The notes beneath the pieces were generated by a model. That model was not told the DNA's origin. It ran no database searches and worked only from the letters and a program-made list of their open reading frames with translations. DNA of 64,000 nt, taken from Octopus vulgaris (taxonomy: Eukaryota). Below are positions 1-14,013 of this stretch, in pieces. The stretch lies in NCBI GenBank assembly GCA_951406725.2, contig OX597836.1, positions 9,052,001-9,116,000 of the forward strand. Reading direction: 5' to 3'. A program made the translations under genes and the position numbers. Numbering within the stretch: the first letter of the stretch is position 1; every line of letters starts with the position of its first letter.

Positions 1-224
1 CGACGACGACAATAACAACAAACAGCAGCAGCAACAACAACAACAGCAACAACAGTTATAACAAAAGCCAGTCTTCTCCACAAAACAAAACAAACTTCAA
101 AGGGCAACTTTATCAGCCATTTTTGGTTTTTTAACGATTGTCCCATACAGAACGGCGAATTACTTGCATATGTACAATATATATAAAATCCGGTGGCGCG
201 GGGCAGGAGGACATTGGGCAAATT

Positions 225-890
225 CTTGTTGTTGTTGTTTTTGTTGCTATTTAGCCCCAGGATGGACCTAAACGAACAGACAGGCACTAATCATCAAAAG
301 CATTTCGGTACAAATCGCTCCCTTCCATCTTTGTTCTTTTTATCTTTTACTTCTTATTTTTTATTGTTGTTTTTTTGTTTGTTTTCAGACCTTAATATAC
401 CTAGGACTACATTATCCAATGTGCCATTTTATTGAGATAGTAATGTGTGCGTAAAGTCTGATTTGAATTCAGTTTTAGCTATTATTTCCAGCAGTTTGGC
501 TGTCCCACCCTCCTCCCTCGCTGGAGGGGATTGGTTCATTATTTGACTCGTATTGTCATCGTTGTTGTTGTTATTCTGGTTCTTCTTCTTCTTGTTCTTG
601 TTGAGGTCGTTGTTTAACCCCAGGATGATTTTCAACAAGCGGACAGGCTCTGATTATCAAAAGCATTCCAGCAAGGAGGAATTTCAACCGTGTTTCGTGG
701 TCTGCTACCACAACAGCTCCTTTATAGGTTCCAGTTAGCTCAAGACATCATCAGGAGGAATCACGTCCGGTTTCGGTCCCTACTCCTCTACCGTTTTGAC
801 GTGGCGTACCCCCCCCCCCTTCGGAGGTGTCTTCAGCTTCTGGTGTTGGGTGCGTGTCTTCTTTCTTCTGTTCCCTGGCCGATCCTTGTT

Positions 891-934
<44 letters not shown>

Positions 935-1290
935 ATTTTTTTGTTTATTTGTTTTCAGACGAAATGTAGCTGGGACTACATTATTCTAATGTGCTATTTT
1001 ATTAAAATGTTAGTATGTGTGTGATTTGAGCTAAGTGTTAGCTATCATTTCCAGCAATTTCATTGACCACGTTATGGTATCCAGTCATTGACGTGTATTG
1101 TCGTTGTTTTTGCGGATGATCTTGTTGTTGCTGTTGTTTAACCCCAGGATGAACCTGAAAGAGCAAACAGAGCCTAATGATCAAACTGCTTTCCAGCAAT
1201 AATTATCCAATCCATTTAATGTTTTCAAACTAAATGCACCTCGGACTACACCTTCTAATGTGCCGTTTTATTGAGATCTTAATGCATGTG
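225..1290 (-). repeat. Three diverged tandem copies of a ~250-bp interspersed repeat ending in an (AAC)n tail (retroposon-like 3' end)
   Basis: Blocks 'ttta(g/a)ccccaggatg...atcaaa' at ~250, ~613, ~1137 and 'ggactaca..tctaatgtgc..ttttatt' at ~403, ~973, ~1242 recur. A related copy on + at ~42230-42340 ends 'ccctgggattaaacaac'. Confidence 0.65.
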
Positions 1291-1299
1291 TGTATGAGT

Positions 1300-1458
1300 A
1301 AGGCGGCAAGCTGGCACACTCGTTAGCACGCCGGACACAATTGCTTAACGGCTTTTCGCCTCGACTTTAGGTTCTGCGTTCAAATTCCGCCGAGGTCGAC
1401 ATTGTTTTTCATCCTTTCAGGGTCGCTAAAGTAAGTACCGGTCAAGCACTTGGGTCGA
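1300..1458 (+). mobile_element. SINE family B (tRNA-like head plus Meta-like domain), truncated
   Basis: 'aaggcggcaagctggc...gttcaaattccgccgaggtcgac...tttcatcctttcagggtcg..aagtacc' matches the other family-B copies in the window. Confidence 0.85.
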
Positions 1459-1484
1459 TATATGTATATATATATATGTGTGTG

Positions 1485-1570
<86 letters not shown>

Positions 1571-1610
1571 TGTGTATGTATGCATATATACGTATGTATG
1601 TATGTATATC

Positions 1611-2424
1611 TACAACTGTTCATCGTCATCTTAAACAACTTGGAAAGGCTCCTAAACTTGGAAAATGAGTGCCTCATGAATTGTCCGAAAGCAACCGTAA
1701 ATTCCGAGTTGACATCTGCTCTTCTCTCCATTCTTGCAAACTCATTTCACCATTTTTGGATAGATTTGTGACTGGTGACGAAAAATGGATCTTCTATTGA
1801 AATGTTAAACCTCGTAAACAGTGGCTTGGTAAAAGGGGAAAAGCTCAGCCACAACCGAGAAAAGAACTTCATGGAAAAAAGGTTCTTCTCTCTATCTGGT
1901 GGGATTGCAAAGGAGTAATTCACTTTAAATTGTTACCACCTAATGCATCAATCAATGCTCAAGTCTACTGTCAGCAATTAGAGCGTTTGAACCGAGCTTT
2001 GAAGAAAAAAAGACCCGCTTTAGGGAATCGAAAAGGAGTGGTTTCATCAGGACAATGCATGACCCCACACTGCAAAGATCACATCACAGAAGATCGAAGA
2101 GCTTGGTTGGAAAAAAATTCTTCATCCACCTTATTTTCCTGACCTTGCTCCTTCAGACTACCATTTGTTTTGTAGTTTACAGAATCATTTTGGGGATATA
2201 ACTTTCGCAAGTCAGGAGGAGGTCGAAACTGACATTTCAGAGTTCTTCGCTTTGAAACCAAAAGAGTTTTACATTGATGGGATTAAAAAGCTTGTAAATA
2301 GATGGAAGAAAGTCATAGATAATCAGGGAAAGTACATTGATGATTAATTTTCAATTAAATATAACATTTGATCACTTGTTTTCTTCATTCAAAATTCGGA
2401 CAGAACTTATGGGATGACCTGATA
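1611..2424 (+). mobile_element. Mariner (DD34D) transposon, 5'-truncated, pseudogenised transposase plus 3' TIR
   Basis: Translates [85 protein letters not shown], with several stops and one frameshift near 2043. Terminal 'cggacagaacttatgggatgacctga' is followed by TA. Confidence 0.95.
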
Positions 2425-2956
2425 TATAGAGAGACAGACAGACAGACAGATAAATAGATGGATGGATGGATGGATGGTTGGATGGATGGATGGATGGATG
2501 GATTGGATGGATGGGTGAATGGATGGATGGATGGATGGATGGATGGATGGATGGATGGGTGAATGGATGGATGGATGGATGGATGGATGGATGGATGGAT
2601 GGATGGAGTAGAGGACTATCGATAGATATAATAAAAGAATGAAAAATATGCGAACTAATTGATTCACACGTCACACAAACACACACACACACACACACAC
2701 ACATGTGGATCGATAACCACACACACACACACACACAGAGTCAGAGAGGGCGATATGGAAAGTGAGACAAACAGACAAAGGAATATTAGTTATCTAATAA
2801 GTGAAGATGATTGGTTGTTTGGCATGCAAGGTCGGTCCGGACATGGCATCACATGATGAAAAACAGCAAAAACAACATTCACTGGCTTATTAGTATAGAG
2901 TTACAAATCACACACTTGCAGGGTTCATTTAGTGCAACACTGGATACCATCGCGCT

Positions 2957-2958
<2 letters not shown>

Positions 2959-3003
<45 letters not shown>

Positions 3004-3078
3004 ATGCATGTATGTGTTGTGAGAGTATGTGTGTGTGTGTGTGTGTGTGTTTGTACATGCATGTATGTGTTGTGAGAG

Positions 3079-3120
<42 letters not shown>

Positions 3121-4255
3121 TGAGAGTATGTGTGTGTGTGTGCGTGTGTTTGTATGCTTCCGTGTGCGCATGTGTATATGCATGTGTGTATACGTGTGTG
3201 CGTGCACGTGAGTCCGCATGTGCGTGCGTGCGTGTATGTATGCATGCGTTTGTGAGTGTGTTTATGCATATACGTGTGTGAGAGTGTGTGTGCATGTGAG
3301 TCCGAAGTGTGTGTGTGTGTGTGCGCGCGCATTTATATGTTTATATGTGTATATGCATGTGTGTGTGGATACGTCTATGCACGTGAGTCTACATGCATGT
3401 GCGTGTGTGTATGTTGTGTTTGCGTGTGTGTATGTATGCATGCATGTATGAGTATGTTTATGCATGTACGTGTGTGAGAGTGTGTGTGCATGTGAGTCCA
3501 AACATGTGTGTATGTGTGTGCGTGTGTGCATGTGTGCGTTTATATGCTTACGTGTGCGCATGAGTATATGCATGTGTGTATTCATATGTGACCGCATGTG
3601 TGTGTGTGTGTGCGTGCACGTGAGTTCGCATGTGTGCGTGTGTGTATGTTGTGTGTGCGTGTGTGTATGTTGTGTGTGTGCGTGTGTGTATGTATGCTTG
3701 TGCTTGCGAGTAGTGTTTATGGATGTTTGTGTGTGAGAATGTGTGTGCGAGTCCGAATGTGTGTGTGTGCGTGTGTGTGTGTGTGCATGCGTTTATATGC
3801 TTACGTGTGCGCGTGTGTATATGCATGTGTGTATGGATATGTGACCGCATGTGTATGTGTGTGTCTGTGTGTGTGTGTGTGTGCACGTGACTCCGCATGT
3901 GTGTGCGTGTGTGTATGTATGCATGTATCTGTGAGTGCGTTCATGCATGCACGTGTGTGAGTGTGTGTATATGTGCGTTTGCATATGGATGCAACGTGTG
4001 CGCAAGTGTATATGCATGTGCGTATGCACGTGTGTATGCAATGGACCTGCATGTCTATGTATGCATGTGTGTGCATGTATGTATACATGTTTGTGAGTGT
4101 GTGCTTGTGCATGCATCTATGTGTGAGCGTGTGTGTGTGTGTGTATCTGTTTGTGCGTGTGCGTGGCTACGTGTACGCATGTGTTTGTGCATGTGTGTAT
4201 GCGTATGTGTATGCGCTGAGTCTTCATGTATGTATATGTGCGCACGCATATATTT
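2959..4255. repeat. Complex (TG)n-based satellite with recurring higher-order motifs
   Basis: (TG)n/(TGCA) runs punctuated by repeated 'gcacgtgagtccgcatg' and 'tttatatgcttacgtgtgcgc'. Confidence 0.8.
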
Positions 4256-4428
4256 GTTTACATTTTGTACGTTTGCGGCCGGAAGTATCGGTGACGAGAC
4301 AACGACAGAGATTGTATGAGATCGCTGGTCAGGTTTCAAATTTCGCTTAAATCACACATTTCCATCACTGCAGGGATGTATGTATTGGGTATAGGCCAGT
4401 AATTCACTCAAGTACCATATTCATCTGA

Positions 4429-4623
<195 letters not shown>

Positions 4624-4777
4624 TTACATGATATATATATATATATTACATGATTTGTTTCAGGAATATGCCATGTTTACCAAAACCACTGTGTATATAC
4701 ATGTATATGTGTGCCTATGCGTGTATATGTGTGTATGTGTGTAAGTGTACATGCGTGTGCATATATATATCTATGTA

Positions 4778-4842
<65 letters not shown>

Positions 4843-4883
4843 GCATATATATATGTATATATATAGACACATATATATATATA

Positions 4884-4928
<45 letters not shown>

Positions 4929-5078
4929 TCTTATCTTATATGCATTGAATAATAGACTCTATGTATGTATGTTATTATGGTTGTCGTTTTGATAAATAAA
5001 TAAGTCAGCATTTTGATATCCTAAAGCTGATGAACCAACTAATGTGCTTCTCCATTTTCTTATTTGTAATATATATAC

Positions 5079-5110
<32 letters not shown>

Positions 5111-5908
5111 CTTCTCCATATACGTTACTACATATATACATTTCCTTCCTTTCAGGTGTGCAGAAAACAGACATCAAACGACAGCTAACGCACGACCGGA
5201 TATCCTCTTTCTGTCAGGTGAAAAACTTCAGGTCCACCACGTTCGCCGTTGGTGCAACGAACGGTAAACCTGGTGAAGGCCATTAGCGGTGCCGGGGCAG
5301 AAGGGAGTAGATGAGCGCCGTGTATGAAATGATGAGATGGAGGGGAGAATCGACCGGGTTCTTCACGTGCAATGAAGATATGTCCAAATTCCTCTTGGTA
5401 GGTAAGGACGCTGGTGTGGACGGCGGAGGCTCACTCCCTCTCACCGAATCACTAAGTTACAGAGATGTAAACAAAACTACATCGGTCGTCAAAGAGCAAG
5501 GCAAACATAGACACAAAAAACCCCCAGTGGTCTTACTACTAAGAAAGGAATGTTCTCAAGAAAATTTAGCAAACGCCAGAACCTAAGCGAGCAAGACAAA
5601 TGAAAAGATACAAAATATACAGATTAATCACAAAACCAGTGTCGTTGTTACCACTTACGTAATCACTTACGTAGATGTCCGAAACTCGTCAGTGTGATCG
5701 TCGTAGCCAAATATAATTTGCAGAACTATACACGAGGCGTCCGCATGAGATTGAACATGTATATAGTTCTACCAATTACGTTTGGGCTTATATTTCAAAA
5801 GTCTTCGTTTTGGTGCGCCAAAATACCGGATTTTTCTATATGCTAGACCACTGGTTTCAAATTGATATTAGTCAAATTAATATTCAATTTTCACTCTTAT
5901 TATTTTTA

Positions 5909-5947
<39 letters not shown>

Positions 5948-6204
5948 CTTCCATAGAAGCTCTCTCTCTCCGTAACTTTACGAAGCCTTTCTGGTTTGTT
6001 TACAAATATTATATGTAGTATTAGTAGTATTAGACAGTTTTAATATATATTCATTAACTTTGGCTGCAATTGATGGGTGAGCGGTTGGTCCAATCGAATG
6101 CGCAGCGAGCTGTGTAAGCGTTGATTTGTGGTTCGATTCTGCTTGGGTTAACTCATCATTTTCCGGTCATTTGTTCGGATTTGAAAATTGTCGCAGCAAA
6201 TCGG

Positions 6205-6262
<58 letters not shown>

Positions 6263-6823
6263 ACAACATATGCAAACAAACATTTATTTTGTATTTGGAA
6301 GCGTCGAATGTGTCTCGTATGGTACAGCCGGTATCCTGGAGGTGTGGTTCGAGTCCCGTGGCTGTCTGCTGACACCTTTTTCCCTCATATGTGGGTAAAA
6401 TCGCCAATCCTTCTGCCTGTTTTCACGGCTATACTGCCTTCGAAATATTACTTTCTTGTCCATACAATATGTGTGTGTGTATCTGTGTATCTGTGTGTGT
6501 GTGTACGTACATCTGTGCGTGTGTGTGTGCGTGTGTCCTCTACATCGCACTTTCTCACTCACACACTCAGGCTCTCCTTCTGTCGCCCTCCGTCCTTCTC
6601 TCTCTTTCTCTCACATACACACATACACACACACACACACACATGCACTCGCACACGTCAGTACGTGTGCATAAGAAGTATCTGCGTACAGATTTGTGTA
6701 TATCCAGCATTTTAATTGGGTGACTTCTGGGACGTCGCTAATTCGAGATATCTTTAGCCCAAGTGCAAAGAATTAAGTAATTATTAGCTAACGAGGTTCG
6801 TAATGAAAATAACAATAATAACA

Positions 6824-6831
6824 ATAAAAAC

Positions 6832-6887
<56 letters not shown>

Positions 6888-6903
6888 TAATAATAATAAT
6901 AAC

Positions 6904-6955
<52 letters not shown>
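6824..6955. repeat. (AAT)n microsatellite
   Basis: Direct reading. Confidence 0.98.
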
Positions 6956-6957
<2 letters not shown>

Positions 6958-7115
6958 CCCAAAGATAAATCGTGAATGGCGAAAGTGTGAACGAGTGGGT
7001 GAACATTTTTCGTGTTTACATTAAAGACGTGTTTACATATGTGTATGTGTGTGTGTGTGTATGTGTGTGTGTGTGTGCTACTAGTTATATTAGTATGTAT
7101 ATGTATACACACATC

Positions 7116-7213
<98 letters not shown>

Positions 7214-7315
7214 TGTATGTATACACCCACACACAAATGCTTATAGTCCTGTACGCTCAAATAGCACAAATACCTACTCACACACGTGTGTATATATATT
7301 ATATGCATGTGTGTG

Positions 7316-7380
<65 letters not shown>

Positions 7381-7643
7381 TTAGGGAATACGTACATGTG
7401 TATGTTTGTGAGTGTATGTACGTATGTATTTATCTATATATGAATGTGTATATACTTGTGTGTGGGTGTCCCCGTATGTGTTTGTTGGTGGGTGGGTGTG
7501 CTAAATGAGGGTGTGCAATAGAATGTTCTGTTTCGTTTTTTTTTTTTTTTTTTTTCTTTATAAATGTTTTACTGTTTTTCATCGAAGAACCACCAATAAC
7601 CTCTATGCCACCCTCAAATCTCAAAGACATGAAGAGGGGGACG

Positions 7644-7767
7644 AGAAGAAGAAGAAGAAGAAGAAGAAGAAGAAGAAGAAGAAGAAGAAGAAGAAGAAGA
7701 AGAAGAAGAAGAAGAAGAAGAAGAAGAAGAAGAAGAAGAAGAAGAAGAAGAAGAAGAAGAAGAAGAA
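7644..7767. repeat. (AAG)n microsatellite
   Basis: Direct reading; source of the poly-K/R/F/L pseudo-ORFs. Confidence 0.98.
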
Positions 7768-7975
7768 GGGCAACAGCAACCACAAGGTAACAGGGAACAA
7801 GTGGCACCTCACGTATCTAGGGTTACACCCGTTAATCACGGCACATGTACGGAGGATGGTCTTCTTGACAGAGAGCAGGTACCAAGACACAGCTTTCTCT
7901 CTGACCTCGCCTTCTCTTGTATGACGGACGGCTAATGTCGCTGGAGACACAATGAGGTGTAAACAGAAACTAAAC

Positions 7976-8010
<35 letters not shown>

Positions 8011-8052
8011 TTGTGTATGTATAAACAAACAGACAAGAATACACGTGGAAAT

Positions 8053-8087
<35 letters not shown>

Positions 8088-8539
8088 GAGTGGGAGCAGA
8101 AATGAGTGAGATAAACAGAAAGATAATTGTTGTGTGTTTGGGTTGGTTGTTTTTGCCTTGTATAATCCAGATACGGACAGAGCTTCGAGTAAACACCCAT
8201 TGTGTTTACATACATATACACACATATATATATATATGCATATATATGTATATATGTATGTATATATATGTATATATATACACATATATACATTTATACA
8301 TATTTATGTATATATTTATGTATATGTTATATATGCATGTACATTTAGTCATATAAGTATATATATATATATATATACATGTCTATGTATGTATCTATGT
8401 ATGTGTATATATATATATATATGTATCTATGTATGTGTATATATATATATATATATATATACGCAGAGAGAGCGGGAGAGGGAGAGAGAATACCAGTTAG
8501 GTGTTTCCCTGTTTGTTCAATGATGCCATTCATACATAC

Positions 8540-8605
<66 letters not shown>

Positions 8606-8740
8606 ATTTATCATATATACATATATTAATATGTAGAGAGAATGAGAGAAAATGGCTGCTAGGTGTTTCCCTGTTTGTTCAATGATGCTATGTTCTAAAT
8701 TTATCCATAGGCTCTTGTCCATATCAGCGCGTGTGTGTGT

Positions 8741-8792
<52 letters not shown>

Positions 8793-9176
8793 ATAATGTG
8801 CGGATGTATGGATATATATATACTTGTGTGTGTGTATGCGTGTGTATATAAATGTATATATACATATATATATATACATATATGTATATAAGTGTGTACC
8901 TATGTGTACACACGCAAACACACACATATACATAGATATAAAGATGCATATATATATATATATATGTATATATGTATATATATGTATATATGTATATATA
9001 TATATATATACAGATATATATATACATATATATGTATATACATATATATATATATACGTGTATATATAATATATATATATATATACACAGATATATATAT
9101 ATACATATATATATATATACGTGTATATATAATATATATATAATATATATATATATCATATATATACACGTATATA

Positions 9177-9235
<59 letters not shown>

Positions 9236-9393
9236 CACGTATATATATATATATACGTGCATATATATATTCACACACACACACACATGTATATATGTAC
9301 ATTCTTTTATTCCTTTAAACGTTTCAGTCCTAATGCCTTGACCACGCTGGAGCATCGCCAGTGAATATATGTATGTGTATGTATATACACACG

Positions 9394-9436
<43 letters not shown>

Positions 9437-9439
<3 letters not shown>

Positions 9440-9695
9440 CTCTTTTAACATTACACCAAAACACATTAAAACAGAAACTGACCTATAGGGTTCAAGAAGT
9501 CTTTGGACAGATTCCTTCAAGAAATCCCGGATAAACCCCCTACACCCGGATATGTCTCTGTAAACAATAACTATTGAGTGGGCCATAGTGCCCAAATTCT
9601 GACTTGAAAGACTTCACCAGGTGGTGCTATTAAGTTAGACATGGCCTGGGCCAATAATGGCCGAAACCTATCAAAGTATCAAAGTATCAAAGTAT
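9437..9695 (+). mobile_element. 3' end of a 5'-truncated CR1/L2/Jockey-group LINE
   Basis: Reads [37 protein letters not shown], like the ORF2 C-terminal FKxxLDxFL motif. Short 3' UTR, then a tandem tail (TATCAAAG)x3. Confidence 0.75.
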
Positions 9696-10098
9696 ATATA
9701 TATATATATATATACATACATACATATATATGTATAAATACATATATACACACGTACGTTTATATAACTATGTGTGTTTGCTTCTAGGTAGATATTTCTA
9801 AATGTATTTTTAGAGTAATAATACAAGTCTATCGGTCTTTATTTAGAAATATTGTTCAGCGTACGGTTACTTTTTTATTTATCTTTGTTTGTTTGTCTGT
9901 TTGTTTTTACTTTGTGTTTTGTTGCGGAGTACACGTACCTGGGTACTTCGGTACATTGAATTTCTTAAGAATTGCAAACTTTTGCTCACTGGCAAATCTG
10001 GGTGGGGATATACCGTGATTTTCTCATTTGTGCTTGCGTCAGACATTGTGTCACCTCGAGTAAAAAAAAAAATAATATAAATATAATGTGTATATATG

Positions 10099-10131
<33 letters not shown>

Positions 10132-10252
10132 ATATATATAATAGTGTGTGTGTGAGAGAGGGAGTGATTGAAAGGGAGAGTAAGAGATAAAGCAAGTCAT
10201 TTTATATATCTGAATGTTTCTGAGAGGCGTTAGAACACAAAGATATGTATAT

Positions 10253-10313
<61 letters not shown>

Positions 10314-10332
10314 ATATATATATATATAATAC

Positions 10333-10399
<67 letters not shown>

Positions 10400-10725
10400 C
10401 TATGCATATATATTTATAATATATTTGTTTGTGTGTGTACTTATTTACGTGTGTACAGACAAACAGACAGACGGACGAACAGACAGTGGGGGTTTAAATA
10501 CGTAGGAATCTATATTTAGAAGTATTCTAAGCTTGAATTTCTACAAGCACGAAAGAAAACACCAGAAAGTAGACTTGGAGAGAAGTTTCGTTTTTCACTG
10601 AAAACATGAAGTTTGTACAAATTTCTCTTAAGATCGTAGGAAATATAGTCTTTTTTTTTTTTTTTGGCGAATGTGTAGAACACACCCCGATATTGTTTAT
10701 AGTTAAAGGAATGAACGGTATTATT

Positions 10726-10839
<114 letters not shown>

Positions 10840-10956
10840 CATATATATATATACATACATATATATATATATACCTATATATATACATATATACATACAT
10901 ACATATATATATATATACATACATATATATACGTATATATATATACTTATATATAT

Positions 10957-10997
<41 letters not shown>

Positions 10998-11143
10998 CAT
11001 ACATATATATATATGTATACACACATATATATATACATATATATACACATATATATATACACATATATATATATAAACAGACACATATATATATATACAC
11101 ATATATATATATACACACATATATATACACATATATATATACG

Positions 11144-11229
<86 letters not shown>

Positions 11230-11625
11230 TGTATGTATGTATGTATTATGTGTACTTTTTTCCTAGGGGTACCGGTGAAATATAACGTGGCCCTTACTGG
11301 GATTCGAAACCAGGTCAGCTGATGACTTGCAATAAATTGTACTCAGCTACATAAACATTAACCAACAATGTGTAGGAAACTAGTTTGCTGACGTTGGTTG
11401 CTTTTTTTATGGTAAAATCACGAGGCCCTGTGAGGAAGAATGAAAATTCTTTTCCGCAAACAATTCGAACACCTTTGATATTAGACCTGTTTACGTCTCA
11501 CCAACCTCAACGGAAAATTCCACCAACACCTCTCGCTTTCTCCCTGCATACATACGTACACACACATATACACAGAGACACGCACACACACACACATATA
11601 TATATATACATATATATATATATAC

Positions 11626-11656
<31 letters not shown>

Positions 11657-11740
11657 CATATATATTTACATATATATATATAGATAGATAGATAGATACG
11701 TACATACATACATACATACATACATACATACATACATACA

Positions 11741-11774
<34 letters not shown>

Positions 11775-11789
11775 CATACATACATAGAT

Positions 11790-11844
<55 letters not shown>

Positions 11845-11859
11845 CATATACAGGGTCCA

Positions 11860-12155
11860 AAAATTAAGTCCCTGTTACGCACTGGGGTCGATATAATCGA
11901 CTTAATCCGTTTGTCTGTCCTTGTTTGTCCCCTCTGTGTTTTGCCCCTTGTGAGTAATAAACATATACACACACATACATATACATATATACGACGGGCT
12001 TCTATCAGTTTCCGTCTACCAAATCCACTCACAAGGCTTTAGCCGGCACGAGACTATAGTAGAAAACACTTGCTCAAGGTGCCACGCAGTGGGACTGAAC
12101 ACGGAACCATGTGGTTGGTAAGCAAGCTACTAACCACACAGCCACTCCTGCGCCA
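11860..12155. mobile_element. SINE B 3' fragment (+) adjoining a SINE A 5' half (-)
   Basis: 'cactggggtcgatataatcgacttaatccgtttg' then 'acgacgggct...ccacacagccactcctgcgcc'. Confidence 0.85.
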
Positions 12156-12409
12156 ATATATGCTAATAAAAATGTATGAATTATCGTAAATTTAAACTTT
12201 CGACAAAATCGTAAAACCGAGAATTTTCACATTTTATTTATTATTTATTCATTTATTTATTTATTTATTTTATTTATTTATTTCTGCCACGATATATGTC
12301 ATTTATGATTACTATTGTAAAAAATCGTCATCGTTGCAGGGAACGAAGCGATCCTCTCCTTATCATTTGGCTTGGTGCAAAGAAAGATAATACAGACCTT
12401 CCATTAATC

Positions 12410-12710
12410 CAGTGCTTTCCAAACTTTTCAGGCTGCCACCACCTTGGCACTCGGGCCACATTCATAGCCCCCGCTCCCCGCTCCCACCGTCACTCACTCT
12501 CACATAGACCGTTTTCTGCTGAAAATTCAAAACAACTGTATTTCACAAATAAAATTTAAACAAATTAACCCTTTATTTTCTTGGGGTTTTTTTTTACATC
12601 CATTCCTCGTTCTTTGGCCACACTATTATTGTCCCACTTTTCTTTAACGCCCTCTCTGGATCTTTCTACCGCACCCAGCGGAGCAGTACTGCCCTCTTTG
12701 CAAACCACTG
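12410..12710. mobile_element. hAT/Charlie-like MITE
   Basis: Ends CAGTGCTTTCCAAA (12410) and TTTGCAAACCACTG (12710) are imperfect TIRs. Flanking 8-mers cattaatc / cctttatc (6/8 match) fit a decayed 8-bp TSD. Confidence 0.6.
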
Positions 12711-12739
12711 CCTTTATCTATCGATAAATCCAGATTCAT

Positions 12740-13455
12740 AAGGCAGCGAACTGGCAGAATCGTTAGCTCGCCGGGCGAAATGCTTAGCGGTATTTCGTCT
12801 GCCGCTACGTTCAGAGTTCGAATTCCGCCGAGGTCGACTTTGCCTTTCATTCTTTCGGAGTCGATTAAATTAAATACCAGTTACGCACTGGGGTCGACAT
12901 AATCGACTTAATCCGTTTGTTTGTCCCCTCTGTGTTGTCCTCTCCTTGTGGGTTTAGCCCCTAAGTAAAGAAATAGGTATTTCGTCCCCTATTACGTTCT
13001 GAGTTCAAATTCCGCCGAGGTCGACTTCGCCTTTCATCCTTTCGGGGTCGATTAAATAAGAACCAGTTACGCACTGGGGTCGATGTAATCGACTTAATCC
13101 GTTTGTCTGTCCTTGTTTGTCCCCTCTGTGTTTAGCCCCTTGTGGGTAATAAAGAAATAGGTATTTTGTCTGTCTACGTTCTGAGTTCAAATTCCGCCGA
13201 GATCGACTTCGCTTTTCATCCTTTCGGGGTCGATAAATTAAGTTCCAGTTACGTACTAGGATCCTTCTAATCGACTGCCCTCTTCCCCCAAAATTTCGGG
13301 CCCTGTGCCTAAAGTAGAAAAGAAATGCTTAGCGGTATTTCGTCCGTCTTTACGTTCTGAGTTCAAATTCCGCCGAGGAGTTGTGTACTGGGATCGACCT
13401 AATTGACTGGCCCCCGCCCTAAAAATTTCAGGCCTTGTGCCTGAAGTAGAAAAGA
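12740..13455 (+). mobile_element. SINE B head-to-tail tetramer
   Basis: One full unit plus three 5'-truncated units. Flanked by ataaatccagattca (12724-12738) and ataaatccggattca (13456-13470). Confidence 0.9.
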
Positions 13456-13836
13456 ATAAATCCGGATTCACCTTCAGTGCTTTTTTGTCGCACGAGGCAC
13501 ATTTCGTATGAACAGGACTAAGAAACCTTCTCTCGCCTCTCTTCTAATCACCTGTTTCACTTTTCCAGCAATATTTTATTTGTGTGTTCAAAAGAGATTA
13601 TGAGAAGAATAAATGTCATTTTTATATTTATTGACAACAACAAAAAAATTGCATTGTCACGGCTATTTTTTCCTACTATATATGCATTCCTATATATGTG
13701 TGTGTGTGTGTGTGTGTATTTATATTTATATATATATATGTGTGTGCTTATATATATATATATATATATATATATGCCTATTTATATACATATATATATA
13801 TACATCTATATATTTACGTGTATATTTTTATATATG

Positions 13837-13886
<50 letters not shown>

Positions 13887-13968
13887 CGTGTGTATATATA
13901 TACTTATATATATATACATATATATATATTATTACATATATATTATTAATCTATACATATATATTTAC

Positions 13969-14013
<45 letters not shown>

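Noticed and set aside
5156-5267. SH3-like reading DILFLSGEKLQV
   Set aside because: Superficial; lacks the ALYDY and WW motifs.
7813-7940. Possible minus-strand exon TLAVRHTREGEVREKAVSWYLL..
   Set aside because: Splice-like ends exist but there is no recognisable homology or partner exon; the plus strand is equally open.
9485-9560. Minus-strand exon [24 protein letters not shown]
   Set aside because: Better explained as the antisense of a LINE ORF2 C-terminus on plus.
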